From a bacterium (lineage in GTDB: Bacteria > Hinthialibacterota > Hinthialibacteria > Hinthialibacterales > Hinthialibacteraceae), in NCBI GenBank assembly GCA_041946805.1, contig JBHGBC010000108.1, positions 1 to 20,392 of the forward strand: a DNA stretch of 20,392 nt, read 5' to 3'. Under the pieces are notes generated by a model. It saw only the letters and a list, made by a program, of their open reading frames with translations, had not been told where the DNA came from and did not search any database. Positions 1 to 7,953 of the stretch are shown here, piece after piece (the stretch's first letter is position 1; every line of letters starts with the position of its first letter). A program made the translations under genes and the position numbers.

Positions 1-1
1 A

Positions 2-3000
2 CTGCAAGGCGACGGCCCCCTCGCGGATTGGCGGGGAGAGCTGCACGCGGGGATTGAACGATACGGAACGATCGATGCCCGGCTGGCTTTGCGGGCGGAA
101 ACCGGAATCGCGCTGCAGGCCGAGGGCGCGATCCGGCCCGCATCTGGACCAATCCCGGTTGATCTTCAAGCGTTGGCCGGTGACACGCTCCAGCTGGCCC
201 TCGCGGCCCGCTGGGATGGCGCTTCCTCCTGGTCCGTGGATTCGCTCCGCCTGGAAACGCCGGTTCCGGTCATTGAACTCAGCGGCAACTACGATTCCAA
301 GGCGGGATTGCTATCGTCGCATGCCGCGGTTCATATAGACGATCTCTCTTCACTGGCCCCACTCACGAGATTGAACCTGGCGGGAGCGGCGGCCGTATCC
401 GCCACGGTCTCCGGCCCGATACATCAACCGGAAGCGGATGTTCAAATCCATCTAGACAAACCGCGCGTGGCGGACGTATCCATGGACCATTTCAGGACCG
501 CGTTGCGGATAGTCCCGCTCGAGCCTTTCGCGGATGCCCTCCCCCCGCTCCGAATAACCGCGGAAGGACAGGGAAGCGATTGGATCCACCACGCCACGCC
601 CGCTTTTCACGAGAAACAACTCTCCTGGAGTTTCGAGGGCATCGTTGATACATCTCCAACCATCACGATCCAGAATCTGGAAATGCGGGGAACCGATTAC
701 GAAACCCGGATCGCGGGAACCGCCGATTTTGCCATCGCGTCGGCTTCTCTCACAATCGATGGCGCCGTGGGCCGCCTGCAACGATTCAAGGAACTTATCA
801 ACACTCCGCTGGAGGGTTCCCTCCAATTTCGCGTGGATCTGGAGGGTCATTCCCGGAACCGTTCCCTGGTTTCCACTTTTCATGGAACCTTAAAAAACCT
901 GAATGGTTTATCCGGCCTGCCCGCGGCCCTGGCGGGACCGGCGATCGACTGGCGCGGACGCGCCGTCCTGAGCCACGGCAACGAACTATCGATACCTTCC
1001 TTCCAGATGAAAAGCACGGCCGGTTCAATCACAGGCAACGCCACCGCCGATCTGTCGAAGAAAAATCTGAACGCCCAGTGGGAATTCAGCCTCCCGCAAC
1101 TGGCCGCATTCCCCTTGTGGCCGGAATACAAAATCACCGGATCTGTTTCCGGTGAGGGACAGGCGCAAGGCCCCTGGCCGGACGCGGAGCTCGTGGTCCG
1201 CCTACAAACGAGAAACTTACTGTTAGACGGGATTTCCCCCGGGCAAGCCGCTGTTTCGCTGCGCGCCAAAAATGTTGCACACCATCCCCAAGGCGATCTG
1301 CGGATCACCCTCGAGAAGAATGATCATGCGCTGACGCTCGCCACCGGGTATCTCTACCAACCTCCCCTGTTGGAATTGAGCCGTCTTTCCCTAACCGGCC
1401 CCTCTCTCGAGATCGAAGGCGAAGCCCAGGCCGATCTGAAGCGCCGGTTGATCCAAGGCCATCTGCGGGGAGGATCCCAAGACCTGTCCACGCTCGGGGA
1501 GTGGATCGGAGAACCCTTACGGGGAGCCATCACCCTCGACGCGGTGTTGGATCACGCCCTGGGCCGGCAGTCCCTCCAACTGCAGGGGAACGCGTCTGGT
1601 CTGGAGTCCCGTTGGGGCCGATTGGGCGGGATGAAACTGGACACCCGGCTGGAGGATGTCTTTACGGCGCCGCATGGCACCCTGGCCATCGCGGCCACCG
1701 CCGGACAACGGGATGAATTGAAAGTGGATTCCTTGAATTTTAACGCGCATGGGGTAAGCGCGCGCGGCGAATGGAAACTCGCCGGTCAAGGCGAATGGCG
1801 CCGGCCTTTCCACCTCACGGCGAACGGCGCCTGGGAGGTTTCCAAAATCCGCGCGCTGGAGATTGAAACGCTCAACGCCGCGTACGGCAATATCCCCATC
1901 ATCCTGGAACGCCCCGCGCGATGGGAACTCCATGGCAACACCCTCTCCCTGGACGGAATTCTGCTGCGCGCCGAATCCGCCACCTTGTCCTCTTCGGGAC
2001 AAATGAATCCCGGCCGGATTGGATGGGAAATCTCCCTGGACGGCTTCCCCCTGGAATGTCTCTCCAGCGCCGGACTCGGCGGGCTGGCGGGAACGCTGCG
2101 GTCCCATATTCACATCACCGGTTCACCGGGCACTCCCATCCTACAAGGCCAAGCGCAAGGTTCGCATCTCCGCCTGGCCAACTCCACACGGGAACAGGCT
2201 GCGGAAGCCGTCCTGGAAGCCACGGCCTCCTATGCCCGGGGGACCTTCTGGACCGAAGCGCAAGTGACTCACCTCGTGGAAAAACCCATCGCCGCCACGC
2301 TGGAGTTTCCCCTCGAATTATCCTTGCGCCCCTTTCTTTTTCGGATGGTTCCTTCCGGCGCCCTCCAAGGACAAATCACGGGCGAAGTGGATTTGGCTAC
2401 AATTCCGGACCTGTTGTCCCTGGAAGATCAAAAACTCGCGGGACAGTTGACCTCCCACTTCACCATCGCGGGGACGATGGAACAACCGGCGGTGTCTGGA
2501 ACCCTGACCGTCGAAAACGGATCCTACGATCACTTGGAACTCGGCACCGTGATACGCAATCTCCATCTCCGCCTCGAGGCTGAAGGACATCAACTGCGTC
2601 TGGCGGACGGCCGGTTCAACGACGGCGGCAATGGCGCGGGATCCCTGGGCGGACAGATAATGCTGGAACCGGACCTGCCGCTCTCATTGGAAATCCGCCT
2701 GAACCAGGCCACCCTGGCGCGCCGCGATGACGTGACCGCCACCACGTCCGGCACGGTGAACCTGACGGGAAGTCTGCGCGAACCCACCATCGCGGGCCAG
2801 CTGACCGTGGCCCCGGTGGAAGTCGGGCTCGATGAACCGCTGCCCGTGGAAATCCGCAACATGGAGATCATCACCATCGAGGAAGAGAATCCGGAGGCCA
2901 ACCGGCCGGCCCCGGCCCCGGCCGTTCCGGCCCTCCAAGCCCATCTGGATCTCCGGCTGGATTTTCCCAACCGCCTGTTCATTCGCGGGCGCGGCCTCGA

Positions 3001-3652
3001 TTCGGAATGGCAGGGCAACCTGAACATCACGGGCAATCTCCCAAGGCCCGCCATTCAAGGAAAATTCTCCATTGTGCGTGGCAACTTCCAATTTTTCGGC
3101 AACCGCCTGAGTTTGCCATCCGGAACAGTGGCATTCAATGGCGCGTATCCGCCGGATCCCTTTATGAATCTCACCGCCGAAACCACTAAAAAAAGCACCT
3201 CGTTCACCCTGGAAATCACCGGATCCGCCTCGGCCCCCGAATTCAACCTGCAATCGAATCCCCCGCTCCCTTCCGACGAGGTGCTGTCCAGTTTGCTGTT
3301 CGGGCGGCGGATCAACGACATCACGCCGCTCCAGGCGATCCAGTTCGCCCAGGCGGCCAACGCGTTGCGGGGCGGCCGCGGCGTCTTCGACATTCTCGGA
3401 AAAACCCGCAATCTGCTGGGGCTGGCCCAATTGGAATTACGCCAAAGCGAGGAGGAAGGCATGGCCAACACCATGGTGGGCATCGGCAAATACATCACCA
3501 ATGACATCTACGTCGATCTACAGCAGGGATTCCAGAATGATTCCAGCCGGGTGATGGTGGAGATCCAATTGACTCCGAACATCGCCATCGAAAGCGAGTT
3601 GAGCGTCCACTCCTCCAGCGGCATCGGTGTCGTATTTAAATATGATTTTTGA
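2..3652 (+). CDS. tamB: Translocation and assembly module TamB (AsmA-like repeats, C-terminal DUF490); 5'-truncated by window
   Basis: Frame is open from position 2 (LQGDGPLADWRG...) to TGA at 3650-3652. Long Gly/Leu-rich beta-strand repeats. C-terminus has TamB/DUF490 hallmarks: LFIRGRGLDSEWQG, LQSNPPLPSDEVLSSLLFGR, GKYITNDIYV, ending GIGVVFKYDF. Confidence 0.92.
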   Translation: MQGDGPLADWRGELHAGIERYGTIDARLALRAETGIALQAEGAIRPASGPIPVDLQALAGDTLQLALAARWDGASSWSVDSLRLETPVPVIELSGNYDSKAGLLSSHAAVHIDDLSSLAPLTRLNLAGAAAVSATVSGPIHQPEADVQIHLDKPRVADVSMDHFRTALRIVPLEPFADALPPLRITAEGQGSDWIHHATPAFHEKQLSWSFEGIVDTSPTITIQNLEMRGTDYETRIAGTADFAIASASLTIDGAVGRLQRFKELINTPLEGSLQFRVDLEGHSRNRSLVSTFHGTLKNLNGLSGLPAALAGPAIDWRGRAVLSHGNELSIPSFQMKSTAGSITGNATADLSKKNLNAQWEFSLPQLAAFPLWPEYKITGSVSGEGQAQGPWPDAELVVRLQTRNLLLDGISPGQAAVSLRAKNVAHHPQGDLRITLEKNDHALTLATGYLYQPPLLELSRLSLTGPSLEIEGEAQADLKRRLIQGHLRGGSQDLSTLGEWIGEPLRGAITLDAVLDHALGRQSLQLQGNASGLESRWGRLGGMKLDTRLEDVFTAPHGTLAIAATAGQRDELKVDSLNFNAHGVSARGEWKLAGQGEWRRPFHLTANGAWEVSKIRALEIETLNAAYGNIPIILERPARWELHGNTLSLDGILLRAESATLSSSGQMNPGRIGWEISLDGFPLECLSSAGLGGLAGTLRSHIHITGSPGTPILQGQAQGSHLRLANSTREQAAEAVLEATASYARGTFWTEAQVTHLVEKPIAATLEFPLELSLRPFLFRMVPSGALQGQITGEVDLATIPDLLSLEDQKLAGQLTSHFTIAGTMEQPAVSGTLTVENGSYDHLELGTVIRNLHLRLEAEGHQLRLADGRFNDGGNGAGSLGGQIMLEPDLPLSLEIRLNQATLARRDDVTATTSGTVNLTGSLREPTIAGQLTVAPVEVGLDEPLPVEIRNMEIITIEEENPEANRPAPAPAVPALQAHLDLRLDFPNRLFIRGRGLDSEWQGNLNITGNLPRPAIQGKFSIVRGNFQFFGNRLSLPSGTVAFNGAYPPDPFMNLTAETTKKSTSFTLEITGSASAPEFNLQSNPPLPSDEVLSSLLFGRRINDITPLQAIQFAQAANALRGGRGVFDILGKTRNLLGLAQLELRQSEEEGMANTMVGIGKYITNDIYVDLQQGFQNDSSRVMVEIQLTPNIAIESELSVHSSSGIGVVFKYDF

Positions 3653-3709
3653 GGGAGGCTCATCCCCCCCATATAACTTCTTCCTGACTTCGAGTGATGA
3701 AGGGCGGAC

Positions 3710-3731
3710 GCAGGCGGTATGCCTGAACCAC
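3710..3731 (+). repeat. Palindromic REP-like element, family C (GCAGGC-N5-GCCTG(C)ACCAC)
   Basis: GCAGGCGGTATGCCTGAACCAC matches 10304-10325 (GCAGGCAGGATGCCTGCACCAC) at 19/22 positions. Confidence 0.7.
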
Positions 3732-3740
3732 ACTCATGAT

Positions 3741-3767
3741 GTCATCCCCGCGAAAGCGGGGATCCAG
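3741..3767 (+). repeat. Palindromic element, family D (GTCATCCCCGCGAAAGCGGGGATCCAG)
   Basis: Perfect hairpin ATCCCCGC-GAAA-GCGGGGAT (3744-3763). Resembles the widespread GTCATTCCCGCGAAAGCGGGAATCCAG-type bacterial repeat (dRS3/RPE-like). Single copy in this window. Confidence 0.7.
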
Positions 3768-3774
3768 TCAATGC

Positions 3775-3807
3775 GGGATGCGATAGCGCGATCGCGCGTA
3801 ATCCATC
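3775..3807 (-). repeat. Palindromic REP-like element, family A (GATGGATTACGCG...CGCGCTA..CATCC)
   Basis: Reverse complement GATGGATTACGCGCGATCGCGCTATCGCATCCC shares the first 14 nt and CGCGCTA exactly with 10408-10438. Confidence 0.75.
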
Positions 3808-3828
3808 CAATGACACCAACGAACTCTC

Positions 3829-3861
3829 CCCTCTCCCTTTGGGAGAGGGCCAGGGTGAGGG
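3829..3861 (-). repeat. Palindromic element, family B (CCCTCACCCTGGCCCTCTCCCAAAGGGAGAGGG; boxC-like)
   Basis: Perfect 9-bp stem CCCTCTCCC-TTT-GGGAGAGGG followed by CCAGGGTGAGGG. Related copy starts at 10215. Confidence 0.75.
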
Positions 3862-3911
3862 AAAGCCTTTCACCACGCTTCAAGCCCACCTTGTATCCAC
3901 GAATAGGTTTC

Positions 3912-5285
3912 TCAATTCCTCAGACTGTTGATCGGGGCGGGGATGTGGCCGCCGTGCTCGACGAAGGCCCGGCTGCCGTCCGCGCAGGCGGTGCGGGTGA
4001 TGCGGGACGATCCGAACAGGCCGCCGAAATCCACAAAATCGCCCGCCTTTTTTCCCGGCACGGGGATGACGCGCACGGCGGTGGTTTTGTTGTTGAACAC
4101 GCCGATGGCCGCCTCGTCGAGGATGATGCCGCTGAGCGTGGCGGCTTCGATATCGCCGGGCAGGGCGATCATGTCGAGGCCCACGGAACAGACGGCGGTC
4201 ATGGCCTCGAGTTTCTCCACGGTCAGCCAGCCGTTCGCGACGGCCTCGGCCAGGGCATGGTCTTCCATCACCGGAATGAACGCGCCGGACAACCCCCCCA
4301 CGGAGGACGAGGCGAAGATCCCGCCTTTCTTGACGGCGTCGTTGAGCAGGGCGACGGCGGCGGTGGTCCCCGGCGCGCCGATCTTGGCGATGCCCATGGC
4401 CTGGTAGATTTCGCCGACGCTGTCGCCGACCTTGGGCGTGGGCGCCAGGGAGAGATCGACCACGCCGAAACTGACCTTCAGCTCGGCGGCGACTTCCCGG
4501 CCGATCAGCTCGCCCGTGCGGGTGACACGGAAGGCGGTATGCTTGACCACTTCGGCGATCTCGTCGAGCGTCACATGCGGATGCGCCTTGACGAGCGTCT
4601 CCACGGCGCGCTTGACCACCCCGGGGCCGCTGACCCCCACGTTGATCACGCACGATTCCTCGCCGGATCCCAGAAACGCGCCGGCCATGAAGGGATTGTT
4701 CTCGGGGATGTTCGTGAAGATCACCAGTTTGGCGCAGCCAAATCCGTCCCGCGCGCGGGTGGCCTGGGCGGTCAGAAGAAGCATGTCGCTGACCAGCCGC
4801 ACGGCGTCCACGTTGATGCCGGCCTTGGTGCTGCCCACGTTGATGGACGCGCAGAGGCGTTCGGTTTGGCTGAGGACCTCCGGCAGGGAGCGGATGAGGA
4901 CCGCTTCGCCTTCGGTCATGCCCTTCTGCACGAGGGCGGTCCAGCCGCCGATCAGGTCGACGTTCACGTCGGCGGCGGCGCGGTCGAGGGCGCGGGCGAT
5001 GGACAGGGCGGCGGCGGGCTTGTGGCCCTCGAGCAGCCGGCTGGCGGGCGAGACCGCCAGGCGCTTGTTCACGATGGGCAGCGCGTACTTGGTGGTCAGG
5101 CGGTCACACAACGAGACCAGGTCCTTGGCCCGCGAGTAGATCTTCTGGTACACCGCCAACGACGATTTCGCGATGTCCGGATTGTGGCACTCGTCGAGGT
5201 TGATGCCCATGGTGACGGTGCGGACATCGAGATTGCCCTCTTCCAGCATGCGGACGGTGTTGAGGATGTCGTCTATTTTTCGCAT
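3912..5285 (-). CDS. UPF0210 / DUF711 'PFL family' protein
   Basis: 457 aa with family motifs NLDVRTVTMGINL, PIVNKRLAVSP, GCAKLVIFTN, NPFMAGAFLG, VGVSGPGVV, VGGLSGAFIPV, EKLEAMTAVCSVGLDM, NNKTTAVRVIP and C-terminal GHIPAPINSLRN. GGAG upstream of ATG. Confidence 0.93.
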   Translation of the reverse strand: MRKIDDILNTVRMLEEGNLDVRTVTMGINLDECHNPDIAKSSLAVYQKIYSRAKDLVSLCDRLTTKYALPIVNKRLAVSPASRLLEGHKPAAALSIARALDRAAADVNVDLIGGWTALVQKGMTEGEAVLIRSLPEVLSQTERLCASINVGSTKAGINVDAVRLVSDMLLLTAQATRARDGFGCAKLVIFTNIPENNPFMAGAFLGSGEESCVINVGVSGPGVVKRAVETLVKAHPHVTLDEIAEVVKHTAFRVTRTGELIGREVAAELKVSFGVVDLSLAPTPKVGDSVGEIYQAMGIAKIGAPGTTAAVALLNDAVKKGGIFASSSVGGLSGAFIPVMEDHALAEAVANGWLTVEKLEAMTAVCSVGLDMIALPGDIEAATLSGIILDEAAIGVFNNKTTAVRVIPVPGKKAGDFVDFGGLFGSSRITRTACADGSRAFVEHGGHIPAPINSLRN

Positions 5286-5887
5286 GGCTCCATTTTGAAC
5301 AGCTGGCGGATACAGAAAATATCATTGGCCGCGCGGAACAGAAATTCATGCTGCAAGGTCGCCACCAGGCCGATGGAGGAGACCAAAAACTGCAGTTCCT
5401 TTTGCAATTGCTTGATATCGGTATCGGCGGGGACGGAGAGCTCGCCGATATGCGTCACATCCTCCCCCTGAATGGTGAAGTAATAGTCCTCGATGTTGAT
5501 GCGGCTGTCGGCCAGATAGCCGGTGACCAGTTTCAGGATGCCGGGGCGGTCCTTGCCGGTGAGGGTGAGGATGTAGCGTTCAGTCCGCGCCGTTGGGGCC
5601 GGCGGCGGGGAGTCCTCGTAGGGCCGGATCACCACCGAAACCTCGCCGGATGCGAAATTGTTCTCCACGGCTTCCTGGATTTGCTCCTGTGAACAGGAGT
5701 TGTCGAAGGTGACCGTGAGGATGACGGTGAAATAGCCGTGGATGACCGTCTGGCTCATGCCGTCGATGTTTCCGCCCAGGTCGGACACGGCGGAGGTGAG
5801 GGCTTTGAGTATCCCGATCCGGTCGGACGCGAGCAGCGAGATGACCCAGCGCGCGGGACCGGAAGAACTGGAAGGCGTTTCGGACAT
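5273..5887 (-). CDS. Double ACT-domain protein (GcvR-like)
   Basis: Two ACT repeats: VISLLASDRIGILKALT...GGNIDGMSQT and ILTLTGKDRPGILKLVT...RINIED. Overlaps the UPF0210 start by 13 nt. Start chosen at ATG 5887; 5932 and 5935 are alternatives. Confidence 0.85.
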   Translation of the reverse strand: MSETPSSSSGPARWVISLLASDRIGILKALTSAVSDLGGNIDGMSQTVIHGYFTVILTVTFDNSCSQEQIQEAVENNFASGEVSVVIRPYEDSPPPAPTARTERYILTLTGKDRPGILKLVTGYLADSRINIEDYYFTIQGEDVTHIGELSVPADTDIKQLQKELQFLVSSIGLVATLQHEFLFRAANDIFCIRQLFKMEPCEK

Positions 5888-6019
5888 TGGCAATACCGGA
5901 TCACGGTTTCTGTAGAATGAACGGCCATGCATCATATTCTGGAATCGCGGATGGCTAGAATCAATGCTTGGAGCCCGGGGCGATCCATAAATAGGGAAAT
6001 TCCGTCCCTTCCATCCTGG

Positions 6020-6043
6020 CCGGCGGTTGAAACCTCCGGTTAG
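6020..6043 (-). repeat. Palindromic element, family E (CTA-R-8bp stem-TTCA-8bp stem)
   Basis: Minus strand CTAA-CCGGAGGT-TTCA-ACCGCCGG (7/8 pairs), same architecture as 7833-7856. Confidence 0.5.
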
Positions 6044-6098
6044 TCAGTCAAAATCCCCCACGGAGATTCGATCAGGGGGACAACCTTATACGAGTGGT

Positions 6099-6129
6099 GA
6101 TGGATTCCGCGACGCCCGCTGATCCATTC
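6099..6129 (+). repeat. Degenerate family A REP-like element
   Basis: GATGGATTCCGCGACGCCCGCTGATCCATTC versus GATGGATTACGCGCTGCGCGCTACGCCATCC at 10408. Confidence 0.55.
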
Positions 6130-6228
6130 TCCGTTTATTGGTCTTGCCATTCACCCGATCTTTATTGGCACACGCAAATCCGGGATGATAGTCCCAAATT
6201 CCATTTTTTCCTGAAAAGAGATCTCATC

Positions 6229-7746
6229 ATGATCCACACAATCTTATTCGCCATACTCGGGAGTGTGATCAGCCTGGGCGGCGGGGCGTGGGCGGAGGAT
6301 ATTCTCGATCTCGCCCGTTTGACGCCGGGGAAGACCTTCGCGCAGAACGCCCTGTGGATCGAAAATCCCCTCAGCGCCCGCTTCAACAACACCAGGCAGG
6401 TTGTGGTGGCGGACGTGGAAGGGCCGGGCGTGATCACCATGATCCATTTCGCCATGCCCGAGACCCTGCAACTGGACCGCAGCGTGCTGCTCCGGATGTT
6501 CTGGGACGGCGAGGCCACCCCCAGCGTCGATGGCCCCCTGGTGGATTTCTTCTGCGATCCGGCGGGCGCGCGCGACGAGGTCAACACCGCGCTGGTCAAC
6601 AAGCGGCGGGGATTCAACGCCTATTTCCCCATGCCCTTCCGCCGCTCGGCCCGGATCGAATTGGATTACGACGGGCCGGTCGCGCCCGGCGAGGCTCTGT
6701 GGAAGATCATGCCCTGCTACAGTTACGTGATGGTCCGCACGGACCCCGCGATCACGGACGACACCGGCTATTTCCACGCGTCCTGGCGGCAGGAGGGCCT
6801 GCTCCTGGGGCAGCGGGATTACCTCGCCCTGGAGGCCACGGGCCCGGGCAAGTTCATCGGGTGGAACGTCTCCGTGCGGCGGCCGGGCCGGCCGGGCTAT
6901 CCCGTGGATGAAAACGCCAAATTCTACATTGACGGCGAAACCACGCCTGCGGTGGAGCTGCAAGGGATCGAGGATTCGTTCGGCTTCAGCTGGGGATTCC
7001 CACCTTCGGAAAGCCAGTTCCCCTACACGGGTTACTTTCCCTTTATGAAGGGGGCGATGGCCTACCGGTTCTTCGTGCCGGACGCCATATCCTTCAGCCG
7101 CTCGCTCAAAGTCACGGTGGGATTCGGCGTGAATGAGCACCCCATGTTCCGCCAGGAATTTTCCAAACCGGGTAACGAACTGCAACTCTCGAGCACGGTG
7201 TATTGGTATCAAAAAGAACCGCATGCGCCCTTCCCCCCCATGCTGTCGGCGGAAGAACGCCGGCCGGCGCCGGAAAATCCCTTGTGGCCGGGTGAAGAGA
7301 AATTGCCATCCCCCGGGGAGTTACAAGGCCGGGGCGTGAAACTGCTCATGCTGTGCGGACGGCCGGGAAAAGAGGTGATCTACCAGGAACCGGGCTACAA
7401 CGCGGAGGTGAAGCAGGGATTCGCGTGGGATGGTTTCACACCGCCGGTGTATTATTGCCGCGCCGACAACAAGGAAGTCGTCATTGATTTGACCGTGCCG
7501 AAGGGATCCGCGGGCCGTGCCCGGGTTTTCGCCGTGGACGCGGATTTCTTCCAGGGAGGACGCAAGCAGGAGATCACAGTGGGCAAGAACTCACTGGGGA
7601 TTCTGGAGTCCTTTAAGGAAGGGAAATGGCTCGAAACGCCAGTCTCCGCGGAGGACACCGGGGGAGGGGTTGTCACTCTGCGCGCCAAAAACCTGCGGGA
7701 GGGATCGAACGCGGTGATTTCGATCATCGAGTGGGTGGAGAAATGA
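6229..7746 (+). CDS. Secreted DUF2961 / GH172-like glycoside hydrolase with extra C-terminal beta-rich domain
   Basis: Signal peptide MIHTILFAILGSVISLGGGAWA. DUF2961 motifs VEGPGVITMIH, LRMFWDGEATPSVDGPLVDFF, GFNAYFPMPF, GYFHASWR, GPGKFIG, FYIDGE, GIEDSFGFSWGF, YRFFVPDAISF, SSTVYWYQ. Confidence 0.85.
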   Translation: MIHTILFAILGSVISLGGGAWAEDILDLARLTPGKTFAQNALWIENPLSARFNNTRQVVVADVEGPGVITMIHFAMPETLQLDRSVLLRMFWDGEATPSVDGPLVDFFCDPAGARDEVNTALVNKRRGFNAYFPMPFRRSARIELDYDGPVAPGEALWKIMPCYSYVMVRTDPAITDDTGYFHASWRQEGLLLGQRDYLALEATGPGKFIGWNVSVRRPGRPGYPVDENAKFYIDGETTPAVELQGIEDSFGFSWGFPPSESQFPYTGYFPFMKGAMAYRFFVPDAISFSRSLKVTVGFGVNEHPMFRQEFSKPGNELQLSSTVYWYQKEPHAPFPPMLSAEERRPAPENPLWPGEEKLPSPGELQGRGVKLLMLCGRPGKEVIYQEPGYNAEVKQGFAWDGFTPPVYYCRADNKEVVIDLTVPKGSAGRARVFAVDADFFQGGRKQEITVGKNSLGILESFKEGKWLETPVSAEDTGGGVVTLRAKNLREGSNAVISIIEWVEK

Positions 7747-7832
7747 AAAATAGACTTATGGCGAGCACAATACGAATCATAATCCGCCCCTATTCTGATC
7801 CCATCGTTCCCCCTTCCATCGCCCCCTTTAAA

Positions 7833-7856
7833 CTAGCCCAGGGCTTCAGCCCTGGG
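7833..7856 (+). repeat. Palindromic element, family E (TAGCCCAGGGCTTCAGCCCTGGG)
   Basis: Perfect 8-bp stem CCCAGGGC-TTCA-GCCCTGGG between convergent genes; could also act as a terminator or mRNA 3' stabiliser. Confidence 0.6.
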
Positions 7857-7953
7857 GAAATAACAAAAAAACGAATAATTTCCCACTCTCCTGGGGAAGA
7901 GCGGAGATGAGAGGGATCCTGTTCGCCGCGCATTCACTTCCCGCCATGCCACC

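Noticed and set aside
3912..5285. Pyruvate formate-lyase call
   Set aside because: Too short and lacks the C-terminal glycyl-radical RVxGY motif; it is UPF0210, which is only structurally PFL-like.
3627..5471. 614-aa plus-strand ORF
   Set aside because: Antisense shadow of the well-conserved UPF0210 and ACT genes; its N-terminus simply translates the palindromic repeats (VIPAKAGIQ, PLSLWERARVR).
6134..6180. Possible sigma54 site (TGGCAC at 6166-6171) and TTTATTGG direct repeat (6134, 6161)
   Set aside because: No TTGC at the -12 position; the 8-mer repeat alone is too weak to call.
7882..7915. Possible decayed family B element (CCCACTCTCCTGGGGAAGAGCGGAGATGAGAGGG)
   Set aside because: Too degenerate to distinguish from chance purine/pyrimidine-rich sequence.
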